The notes beneath the pieces were generated by a model. That model was not told where the DNA came from and did not search any database. It saw only the letters and a list, made by a program, of their open reading frames with translations. A stretch of 64,000 nucleotides of DNA from NCBI GenBank assembly GCA_044225175.1, contig JBGAJA010000003.1, positions 69,428-133,427 on the forward strand, read 5' to 3'. This DNA comes from Candidatus Omnitrophota bacterium. GTDB lineage: Bacteria; Omnitrophota; Gorgyraeia; Zapsychrales; Fredricksoniimonadaceae. Every line of letters starts with the position of its first letter. The stretch's first letter is position 1. A program made the position numbers and the translations under genes. This document shows, one piece after another, positions 18,594 through 25,921 of this stretch.

Positions 18594-21098
18594 ATGGATA
18601 CAACCCGCAAAAATCATTATGTCCCTAAATGGTATCAGAAGCGATTCTTATCTTCGGAGAAGAGTGCTTTTCATTACCTGAATCTCAACCCATCTTTAAT
18701 TAAGATTTCTAATGGCACAAAGCTAAGCAAGGCTATTGACTGGCCGTGTAGTCCTAGACAATGTTTTTGGGAACAGGATCTTTATAACACGTCGTATTTC
18801 GGCTTTATTGATGATGAAATCGAAAGGCGTCTGTTTGGGGAAATTGATCGTACTGGGGCCAAAGCGATTGATGCCATGGCCGCTCAGGATATGAGGCGGA
18901 TGCACGCAACGTTCGAGGACTTCTTTGAGTATATTGATGGACAGAGAATCCGCACTCCCAAAGGGCTGGCATGGCTTAAATCTAAATATCCTAATCTGAC
19001 ACATAATCAATTGCTGATGGAAATGCAGCGTATACGGCAAATGCACTGCACCCTTTGGGTGGAGGCAGTTCGGGAAATAGTGTACGCGGACACTTCTGCT
19101 GTGAAGTTCCTTGTCTCGGACAATCCCGTTACTTTTTATAACCACGCTTGTAATCCTGATTCAGAAGAATGTCGTTACCCGGATGACCCAAGAATTGAGA
19201 TGAAAGCGACGCAGACCATTTTTCCTTTAGACAGCAATCGTTGCCTTATTTTGACCAATTTGGACTATGCTCGTAATCCAAATCTAGCGGATCCCAAGGC
19301 TTGGAGACCCAATGCTAATCCTTTTCGTCCGACTATGGGAAGAATTGATACAACGATTTGTGAGCGACACTTGCAAGATCACGAAGTGGTGGCTATCAAC
19401 TACATAATCAAAAGTAGGGCAAAGCAATACATAGCTGCGGAAAAAAGGGAATGGCTTGAGCCCGAGAAGATTTTTAAAGGCGATTGGAAAGTAGCGGGTA
19501 AGGTGTTATTGCCTCCAAAAGATGAGTTGCACCATTTCGGTGGAGAAATGTATGGTCAGTATGAAGATGGCCGATATTTCTATCGTGATGCGTATGGCAG
19601 AACTCATGGGGAAGCAGAACACTTAAAGAAAGATCCTCCAAAAGGCAAGATTGGTGCCAACCATCCTTGTACGTGCGGCAGTGGTAAGAAGTACAAGAAA
19701 TGTTGTCGTGATAAGGCTGAGGAAGATAGACCTTCTAGCTCCCAACGCAGTATTCGGGAGAGAAATTTGATGTTTTTCAGCATTGTCTCCAAGATTCTAG
19801 GACTTGAAGAAAATAATTGGACCGAAGTAAGAAGGCAACTTACTGACAAGAAGGTCGTTGATGTTCATAAGGCTGTTGCGGCATTGTGGCCTCCGGATAC
19901 GGACTTAATGGCTTTGCTACCGCGACCGGATGCCAAAGTTTCACGGGCTCTTTATTCAGGATTATTAGATCCCAGGGTCACATACAAAGATATTGCGGCA
20001 CTTTTGCCTTATGTGGACGAGATTTTGTTGATAAATCCATTTTTAAACCCAAATGTACTTCAGAAGAAATTTAATCCCATTGATAATCCTGCTCAATTTA
20101 GGTATGAAACGCTAAAGAATGTGCTTTTCTTAATGCCTTTGATGCCTTTGATCTCAGCCGGAAGGGTTAATGTGATTCCTGATCCCTTACATTTTAATCC
20201 TGCTTTAAGACAACAAATTTGGGCAGAAGCTGAAAAGCGTCGGGGAAAAGTTCAGATAGACGAAAAGATGATGAAATCAAATACAGAATTTGCAAAGGAT
20301 GACTTCAGGCGATTCATTTTTAGCGGTCCGGAAGATCGAATAAGGAGATTTGTTAAGAAAACAAATCCCGACATGACGGATGTAGAAATGGAGAAGTTTC
20401 TTGCTTATACACGGAAGCAGAACGAAGAAGATCCTCTCGTTTTGCTTGATCCAGCCACCGCTCAAGATGGTCAAGGCCAAGTCATGGTATTTCATCTAAA
20501 CCCTAATTTTGAATTAGGGATGTTTTTAGCTCAAGCGACAGGATCATTTATTGTCACATCCCATCCGTATAGATGGTCTGAGATTTGCTCATCAATAGAC
20601 TATTTCTATAGTGGTGCTCAATCAGCATGGGATCCTATCGCCAAATACATAATGGATTTTGAAATGGATTTTGCGCATTTCTCAGATCAAAGAGACTTTG
20701 TGTCTATGCTTAATGGCGGCGGGTTTCCAGACATGAAAAGCGCTTTAAGAAATGTCTGGAATATGGTGCAGACTGAAAGGCCCGTAGATGCTTCACAAAT
20801 AGACGGGCTTTTGAAAGATATTGACCATGGGCGAGAAAAAACGAAAGTGTCGATCGACAAACTAATGCAGCAGAAAAATGACGATCAGGCAGAATATTTG
20901 AGAGTAATAAAAACCAAAGCAAAGCTAAGTGCTAAGATTGCACCTGCTGGACATAGTACTAGTTTGGTGTATCGGCAGCTTTTGGCTCATGCGGGGCATG
21001 ATAAGTATCTAAAGGCTTTACCGTTGGCATTGTACATTGAACATGAAGAAATCAATGAAGATGGACTGGCTAAACAGCCAGAACAAGCGCCTTCTTAA
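18594..21098 (+). CDS. Large DUF4238-like N-terminal domain protein with an internal SEC-C metal-binding motif; candidate anti-phage/abortive-infection protein
   Basis: The N-terminus NHYVPKWYQKRF matches the HYVP..Y...F signature I associate with DUF4238. HPCTCGSGKKYKKCC at about aa 355 is a SEC-C motif. About 470 aa of unassigned C-terminal sequence follow. Confidence 0.55.
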   Translation: MDTTRKNHYVPKWYQKRFLSSEKSAFHYLNLNPSLIKISNGTKLSKAIDWPCSPRQCFWEQDLYNTSYFGFIDDEIERRLFGEIDRTGAKAIDAMAAQDMRRMHATFEDFFEYIDGQRIRTPKGLAWLKSKYPNLTHNQLLMEMQRIRQMHCTLWVEAVREIVYADTSAVKFLVSDNPVTFYNHACNPDSEECRYPDDPRIEMKATQTIFPLDSNRCLILTNLDYARNPNLADPKAWRPNANPFRPTMGRIDTTICERHLQDHEVVAINYIIKSRAKQYIAAEKREWLEPEKIFKGDWKVAGKVLLPPKDELHHFGGEMYGQYEDGRYFYRDAYGRTHGEAEHLKKDPPKGKIGANHPCTCGSGKKYKKCCRDKAEEDRPSSSQRSIRERNLMFFSIVSKILGLEENNWTEVRRQLTDKKVVDVHKAVAALWPPDTDLMALLPRPDAKVSRALYSGLLDPRVTYKDIAALLPYVDEILLINPFLNPNVLQKKFNPIDNPAQFRYETLKNVLFLMPLMPLISAGRVNVIPDPLHFNPALRQQIWAEAEKRRGKVQIDEKMMKSNTEFAKDDFRRFIFSGPEDRIRRFVKKTNPDMTDVEMEKFLAYTRKQNEEDPLVLLDPATAQDGQGQVMVFHLNPNFELGMFLAQATGSFIVTSHPYRWSEICSSIDYFYSGAQSAWDPIAKYIMDFEMDFAHFSDQRDFVSMLNGGGFPDMKSALRNVWNMVQTERPVDASQIDGLLKDIDHGREKTKVSIDKLMQQKNDDQAEYLRVIKTKAKLSAKIAPAGHSTSLVYRQLLAHAGHDKYLKALPLALYIEHEEINEDGLAKQPEQAPS

Positions 21099-21232
21099 TT
21101 GTCATATGGAGATTAGATTCTTTCCTTGGGGCAGGGGGCATGTTTCTTCTTTGCTATTTTTGGGGTTGAGAGTAAAATTACTTTATGATTAACATACTCA
21201 TGCAATTGAGCGTCTTTTAGTTATGGGAACTA

Positions 21233-21865
21233 ATGAACATTGAGATTTTAAGTAAGATTAGCGGGTATTTACAAATTGGTATCTTTGTGTGCGGGATCCT
21301 CACCACTGGGTTAGCATTTGTTAAATATAAAATTGATAAACAAATTGGATCTTCCAAAGATCTCCAGATTAAACAGCTTGATAGTTATTCTGAATTTTAT
21401 CGTTTAAGTGTATCTGTCCGAGCCGATAGTAGAGCGGCTCTCGACAAGCTCAAAGAGATATCTCAAAATAAATATGATGTTAGACAATCTTTGGTTGCCG
21501 ACACGCTAAAAGATTTTCCTAAAGAAGCAGAGCACATAAATCTCTTAGAATACCCCATTGATTGGCAACAGATTGGTATTGATCCCACAAAAGCTACGCT
21601 AGAAGTCTTTCAAGAACTATATAATCATGCTGCGCCAGTGTACCAAAGTAAAATAATGCAGACTGTTTGGGGCGCTACACAGATTCAAAAGAAAGAAAAG
21701 ATTCAGTTCTTGATTGATATTATACGTACCACTCCATCCGTTAGGTGTTTAAGGGAGGCATGTATTCTTTTGAATCCAGAAGCAAAGCTGGGCAGGAATT
21801 TTATGCTATGGGAAGAATATATTAAATGGTGGGATAATAACAAGGATAAGTATCAGAAGTCATAA
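21233..21865 (+). CDS. Membrane-anchored hypothetical protein
   Basis: N-terminal TM ISGYLQIGIFVCGILTTGLAFV; 210 aa. Confidence 0.45.
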   Translation: MNIEILSKISGYLQIGIFVCGILTTGLAFVKYKIDKQIGSSKDLQIKQLDSYSEFYRLSVSVRADSRAALDKLKEISQNKYDVRQSLVADTLKDFPKEAEHINLLEYPIDWQQIGIDPTKATLEVFQELYNHAAPVYQSKIMQTVWGATQIQKKEKIQFLIDIIRTTPSVRCLREACILLNPEAKLGRNFMLWEEYIKWWDNNKDKYQKS

Positions 21866-21884
21866 AACGTATACGGAGATCATT

Positions 21885-22196
21885 ATGAAGAATATAATGC
21901 TTTGCCTTTTGGTGTCATTATTTTTAGTTGGCTGCGGCGAGAATGACGGAAGATTTGAAGTGAAGAATGTTAAATTACCTGTGCGGACCACAATCGCAGC
22001 AAATACGGTAAATGCGGGGGGTTCAAGAATTGAATACCAGGAAGAACTTATAAAGGTTGATACCAAAACCGGTAAGGTATGGAAGCTACAGCATGGTTCT
22101 AGCCAGATTGGAGGAAGTATTTCTGAGTTCAGCTTATGGGATGAACTGGGCAATACTTATCGTGAGAACGGCAAAGATGTAAGGAAGCCTCAGTAA
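21885..22196 (+). CDS. Small lipoprotein (lipobox LVGCG)
   Basis: MKNIMLCLLVSLFLVGCGEN; SD ACGGAGAT upstream. Confidence 0.55.
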   Translation: MKNIMLCLLVSLFLVGCGENDGRFEVKNVKLPVRTTIAANTVNAGGSRIEYQEELIKVDTKTGKVWKLQHGSSQIGGSISEFSLWDELGNTYRENGKDVRKPQ

Positions 22197-22271
22197 GAGC
22201 TCTTATTAATTAGTCGATGAGTAATCGGTAGCTTTAAATGTAGCTTAAAAGTTCTTTCTTTTAACCAGACT

Positions 22272-22284
22272 GGGACCCCATTTC
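22272..22284 (+). repeat. Degenerate copy (GGGACCCCATTTC) of the tRNA-His 3'-end / att core, at the 5' truncation point of the ATPase remnant
   Basis: It shares ACCCCAT(A)TTTC with the tRNA-His end (gccACCCCATaTTTCg at 9058-9073). Confidence 0.3.
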
Positions 22285-22329
22285 TATCGCCCTGTCCCTA
22301 TTTAGGGGACTGGCCCTTTCTACTTTCTA

Positions 22330-22679
22330 CGTTATCTGGTAAGGCGTATATTTCTTTATTTAAAGAAGCTAAAGCCAAAGGTTACAGAATTACAGTTTTT
22401 TATTTAAGTATTCCAAGTAATAAGCTTGCTCAAGAGAGAGTGAAGCAGCGCGTTAAAGAGGGTGGGCATAATGTGCCAATAGTTGATATTAATAGGCGAT
22501 TTATTAGAAGTTGGCAGAATTTCATTAACCTTTATATGCCACTAACAGATTCTTGGTTGTTACTTGATAATTCAATGCTTAAACCAATTGAAGTAGCAAA
22601 ATGTGATCATGGTAAGATCAAAGTTTTGAATAAATCTTTATATAAAGAATTAATGGAGGGTAGAGATGACAAGTCTTAA
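22330..22679 (+). pseudogene. 5'-truncated paralog of the zeta-toxin-like ATPase gene (C-terminal ~110 codons only)
   Basis: Translation KEAKAKGYRITVFYLSIPSNKLAQERVKQRVKEGGHNVPIVDINRRF... aligns with the C-terminal half of the 23518..24090 protein (KEVKSKGYSVHIFFLWIPSEDLAKQRIKQRVKQGGHHVPDADVKRRL). The Walker-A N-terminal half is missing. Confidence 0.65.
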
Positions 22680-22833
22680 ATCTAGTACATTAATTTTAAA
22701 TAAAGCAGGAAAAGCAATGCGAAGTGCTGTACGTAAGGTTTTAGCAGAAAAGAAATTGAGAGGTGAGCCTGCTATTATTTGGAAGGATGGCAAGGTTGTA
22801 AAAGTCCCTGCAAGTCAATTAAGCAAAGCTTAA
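22666..22833 (+). CDS. 55-aa small protein, paralog A of the partner gene downstream of the zeta-like ATPase
   Basis: MTSLKSSTLILNKAGKAMRSAVRKVLAEKKLRGEPAIIWKDGKVVKVPASQLSKA, with SD GGAGGG 6 nt upstream. It is paralogous to 24087..24257 (shared core RGEPxIIWKxGKVVKxPA). Confidence 0.5.
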   Translation: MTSLKSSTLILNKAGKAMRSAVRKVLAEKKLRGEPAIIWKDGKVVKVPASQLSKA

Positions 22834-22834
22834 G

Positions 22835-22866
22835 CAGGTACGGATAACGTCCCGCCAGCGACCCCA
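22835..22866 (+). repeat. att-like degenerate copy of the tRNA-His 3' half (core CCCGCCAGCGACCCCA)
   Basis: 14/16 identity to the tRNA-His 3' end CCCGTCAGCCACCCCA (9051-9066). Preceded by GGTACGGATAAC, which resembles the T-arm. Confidence 0.5.
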
Positions 22867-22973
22867 GCTCTTGTAACACCTTGAATTTTATGAAGTTAAA
22901 AAGTTCGAGGCTGTCCCATGACCCTTCGCAATTAATTTTGCGAAGGGTTTAATTTTTGTGATATGCTTTCTCT

Positions 22974-23435
22974 ATGCCCTCCCAAGAAAACAAGATTCTT
23001 CAAGAAGCATTTAGCCCAATCTTTAAAAGATACGGGTATAAGAAGCATGGTGCAACATGGCATCATGATAATAAGGAATTGATCTCGTGTTTCAACATAC
23101 AAGGATCGCAATGGTCAAAAGCATTCTATTTAAACTTGGGGATTTATATTAAAGCTTTGGGTGATAAATCTTTTCCTAATGAATATGAATGTCATGTGCG
23201 ATTGCGAATAGAAGGGCTTGTGGATGAGAGATCAAAAGTGCATCAATTGCTAGATTTTGAGAATTCTCTGCCTCAAGAGTCTCGGCTTAAAGAATTAACC
23301 AAGATCGTTGAAGATAAAGTTATTCCGTGGTTTCAGAAAATTAGCACCTCGGAAGATTTGCGGAAGATGATTTTAGAAATGAAGCTACAAGTAGTAACAA
23401 AGATCGCTAAAGAACATCTTGGCATTATTGATTAA
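22974..23435 (+). CDS. DUF4304-like hypothetical protein
   Basis: KKHGATWHHDNKELISCFNIQGSQWSKAFYLNLGIYIKAL matches the pattern (KkGnnWyr...NlQkSqws..fyiNlGi) I recall for DUF4304. Confidence 0.45.
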   Translation: MPSQENKILQEAFSPIFKRYGYKKHGATWHHDNKELISCFNIQGSQWSKAFYLNLGIYIKALGDKSFPNEYECHVRLRIEGLVDERSKVHQLLDFENSLPQESRLKELTKIVEDKVIPWFQKISTSEDLRKMILEMKLQVVTKIAKEHLGIID

Positions 23436-23459
23436 AGATAAAATAGTTACAAAACTCGT

Positions 23460-23475
23460 CCCGTAAGTGACCCCA
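23460..23475 (+). repeat. Third degenerate att-like core (CCCGTAAGTGACCCCA)
   Basis: 13/16 match to the tRNA-His 3' end. Extended similarity (16/21) to copy A including the preceding CGTCCCG. Confidence 0.3.
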
Positions 23476-23517
23476 GTTTTTTCCTCTCAAGCTTAGGTTT
23501 TATGGTAGACTTTAATC

Positions 23518-24090
23518 ATGCCTAAGCTTTATATAATTGCTGGTCCTAATGGCGCCGGAAAAACTACATTTGCTAAAGAATTTCTTCCTTCCTATGCGAA
23601 ATGTTCCAATTTTGTCAATGCAGATTTGATTGCGTTAGGTCTTTCTCCTTTCAGTCCAGCTCAAGTCAGTATTAAGGCTGGTAAATTGTTACTCGGTGAA
23701 ATCGATAATTTCATAATCCGTAAGATGGATTTCGCCTTTGAAACAACTCTCGCTGGAAGAACATATATAAATTTAATCAAAGAAGTTAAATCTAAAGGAT
23801 ATTCTGTACACATTTTCTTTTTGTGGATACCCAGCGAGGATTTAGCTAAACAAAGAATAAAGCAACGGGTCAAACAAGGTGGGCATCATGTGCCTGATGC
23901 AGATGTCAAAAGAAGGTTACGCCGTAGTCTGAAGAATTTTTTTAATCACTATAGTCCCTTGGTTGATGGATGGGACATTTTTGATAATTCCGGATCAGAG
24001 CCAAAATTGGTGGTTAAATCTAATGAAAAAGGGTTTCAGATTATTGATAAAGAACTTTATCGATATTTGCTCAACAAGGAGAACATATGA
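23518..24090 (+). CDS. Zeta-toxin-like / AAA_33-type P-loop kinase-fold ATPase
   Basis: Walker A IIAGPNGAGKTTFA. The overall fold matches zeta-toxin/UDP-GlcNAc-kinase-like proteins. 190 aa. Confidence 0.6.
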   Translation: MPKLYIIAGPNGAGKTTFAKEFLPSYAKCSNFVNADLIALGLSPFSPAQVSIKAGKLLLGEIDNFIIRKMDFAFETTLAGRTYINLIKEVKSKGYSVHIFFLWIPSEDLAKQRIKQRVKQGGHHVPDADVKRRLRRSLKNFFNHYSPLVDGWDIFDNSGSEPKLVVKSNEKGFQIIDKELYRYLLNKENI

Positions 24091-24257
24091 TTAAGAAAGT
24101 CGAAGGTGATGTTCTTTCTAAGAAAGCAGAAAAAGCCATGAAGAAGGCTGTGCAAGGTGTGATTGCAGACCGCAAAATGCGAGGCGAGCCTTTGATCATT
24201 TGGAAGAACGGTAAAGTTGTAAAGATTCCTGCTAAGGACTTAAAGCGGTTCGGATAA
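24087..24257 (+). CDS. 56-aa small protein, paralog B, translationally coupled (ATGA) to the ATPase
   Basis: MIKKVEGDVLSKKAEKAMKKAVQGVIADRKMRGEPLIIWKNGKVVKIPAKDLKRFG. Its start overlaps the ATPase stop. Its 3' end overlaps the att-like repeat. Confidence 0.5.
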   Translation: MIKKVEGDVLSKKAEKAMKKAVQGVIADRKMRGEPLIIWKNGKVVKIPAKDLKRFG

Positions 24258-24276
24258 CCTCCCGCCAGCGACCCCA
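24245..24276 (+). repeat. att-like degenerate copy of the tRNA-His 3' half (GCGGTTCGGATAACCTCCCGCCAGCGACCCCA)
   Basis: The core CCCGCCAGCGACCCCA is identical to copy A. The upstream GGTTCGGATAACC mimics the tRNA T-arm GGGTTCAAATCCC. Confidence 0.5.
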
Positions 24277-24284
24277 TTTTTAGA

Positions 24285-24318
24285 CCCTTATAACTAAAAA
24301 GTTATAAGGGTTTTTTAT
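24285..24318 (+). terminator. Rho-independent terminator (11-bp perfect stem CCCTTATAACT/AGTTATAAGGG plus TTTTTT)
   Basis: Seen directly in the sequence. Confidence 0.7.
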
Positions 24319-24370
24319 TTAGAGCTATAATGGGGGCACTTTTGAATTAAATCATATATGGAGGTAAGCT

Positions 24371-24802
24371 ATGGCATCAATAAATCCACACATTAATTTC
24401 AACGGAAATGCCGAAGAAGCATTTACATTTTACAAATCGATGTTCGGCGGAGAATTTGCAAAGGTGATGCGTTTTAAAGACCTCGCAAGCCCGGGATTTG
24501 AAATCGCAGAAAAAGATAAGAATAAGATTATGCACATTGCTTTGCCTATCGGTAAAAGCAGTATGTTAATGGCAAACGACGTGCCAGAATTTATGGGAAA
24601 GACTAATGAGCGTGAGAATAGAAGCAAGATTGTCATAAGTGCAGATAGCAAAGAAGAGGCAGATAAATTATTTCATGGTCTTTCAGCTGGTGGAGAAGTA
24701 GAGATGCCAATTGGGAAAAGCCCCTGGGGTTCATACTTTGGTATGTTTAGAGATAAATACGGTATTGAATGGATAGTAGATTTTGACCCTAAGAGGTTTT
24801 AA
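24371..24802 (+). CDS. VOC-superfamily protein (PhnB/YjdN-like glyoxalase-fold)
   Basis: The pattern INFNGNAEEAFTFYKSMFGG ... EEADKLFHGLSAGGEVEMP ... YGIEWIV is typical of PhnB-like proteins. SD GGAGGTAAGC upstream. Confidence 0.6.
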   Translation: MASINPHINFNGNAEEAFTFYKSMFGGEFAKVMRFKDLASPGFEIAEKDKNKIMHIALPIGKSSMLMANDVPEFMGKTNERENRSKIVISADSKEEADKLFHGLSAGGEVEMPIGKSPWGSYFGMFRDKYGIEWIVDFDPKRF

Positions 24803-24840
24803 CAGCTATAGGCCATGGCCCGTTTTCAATAACATAAACC

Positions 24841-24871
24841 CCTGTGACGTAAGAAGTTACAGGTTTTTTTT
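24841..24871 (+). terminator. Rho-independent terminator (CCTGTGAC ... GTTACAGG plus T8)
   Basis: 8-bp stem with one G-U wobble followed by eight T's. Confidence 0.65.
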
Positions 24872-24983
24872 GACCGGTAGCGGAACCCGCAGCAAATGAA
24901 ATAGTTTTTATAGGATTTGAAGTTGATGAAGAGTTCTCTATAATGCAATTAACAAAGAAATAGAACTGCATAGGGGCATTTCA

Positions 24984-25691
24984 ATGAATAATAAAATATC
25001 TGTGGTTGTTGCATTTCTTTTTCTGTTGATGTTTATTATCTGGAGTCAAATCAAAACTCCTGTCACCGATCAGGAGAATCAACCTACCGTTATTAATTCC
25101 CAGTCAGTCCCCATAGAAGAAAAAAAGATTCCTGAGGGAGATGTCATTCGAAAAACACGCGTCCAGCGAGGAGGAGATTTTACAGAAAACATTTTTTATG
25201 TGGGAGAAGTGGTCATTGCAGCTCAAAAGGTCTATGTGAACGGAACAATTGAAGAGACCGATCAAATCCCTGATGGAAAAGTCAAGTTTGAGGATGAATA
25301 CGAACAGACATATGGAGAAGAATATTATGAAAATGGGAAAAAGCACGGTAGTGTCACTGTTTATTACAACAGTGGGAAGTTAAAATCTGAGCAATTGTAC
25401 CAATACGGACAACTCATGAAAAATAAAGAGTATTATGAAAATGGATCCGTGCGTTTTGAGGTTGATTATTCGAATGCTATAACTGGGATTGATCAAAAAG
25501 AATCAGGGATTGGAAAACTTTATTATCCCAATGGCCTGCTTAAATATGAATGGAATCATACAACAACTCAAAATGAGGGTTATAAGCGGTCTTATAATCA
25601 GGATGGAACCTTAAGGGCAGAAAGCAAATTTGATTCTCAAGGGCATTTTATTGAAAATTCAAAGATTCAGGCTCCCCCACAGGAACTGTAA
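24984..25691 (+). CDS. MORN-variant (YwqK-like) repeat protein with N-terminal signal anchor
   Basis: Repeated YYENGK.K / YY.NG.L motifs (MORN_2-like). N-terminal TM. Confidence 0.5.
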   Translation: MNNKISVVVAFLFLLMFIIWSQIKTPVTDQENQPTVINSQSVPIEEKKIPEGDVIRKTRVQRGGDFTENIFYVGEVVIAAQKVYVNGTIEETDQIPDGKVKFEDEYEQTYGEEYYENGKKHGSVTVYYNSGKLKSEQLYQYGQLMKNKEYYENGSVRFEVDYSNAITGIDQKESGIGKLYYPNGLLKYEWNHTTTQNEGYKRSYNQDGTLRAESKFDSQGHFIENSKIQAPPQEL

Positions 25692-25730
25692 ATAGGAAAG
25701 AATATGGTATACTTGTATTGGACGGTTAGT

Positions 25731-25903
25731 CCGTTTGACGAAACGGCAAACCCATCGTAAGGTGGGGACCCTCATAGGCAGGTTCTATGAGGCCATGGCA
25801 AAATCCATGGGCAAAGCTATAGAGTCCTTAATTCAAAGGATAGTCAGCTGTCGAAACAAACAGTGTAACGACCTATTCTTTTATTTAAGGGATAGGTTTT
25901 TTT
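25731..25903 (+). promoter_or_regulatory. Structured 5' leader of the minor-pilin operon: four consecutive hairpins plus a terminator/attenuator; riboswitch-like
   Basis: H1 CCGTTT-gacg-AAACGG (25731-25746). GGCAAACC at 25745-25752 overlaps H1 and leads into H2 CCCATC-GTAA-GGTGGG (25751-25766, GNRA loop). H3 is CCTCATAG-gcaggtt-CTATGAGG (25770-25792). H4 is CCATGG-caaaat-CCATGG (25793-25810). Terminator stem at 25871-25896 followed by 7 T's at 25897-25903, 19 nt before the pilin ATG. Confidence 0.35.
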
Positions 25904-25921
25904 ATTGAGGCTTATGAAAAA

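Noticed and set aside
20455-20470. CAGCCACC match to the tRNA-His 3' end inside the DUF4238 gene
   Set aside because: It is only an 8-nt match within a coding region, consistent with chance.
25745-25830. Calling the pilin leader a bona fide c-di-GMP-I (GEMM) riboswitch
   Set aside because: Only the first half (GCAAACC-stem-GNRA-stem-GGGAC) resembles the class I consensus. The GGGACGCAAAGCC junction and the P3 receptor are not recognisable, so it is kept only as a candidate structured leader.
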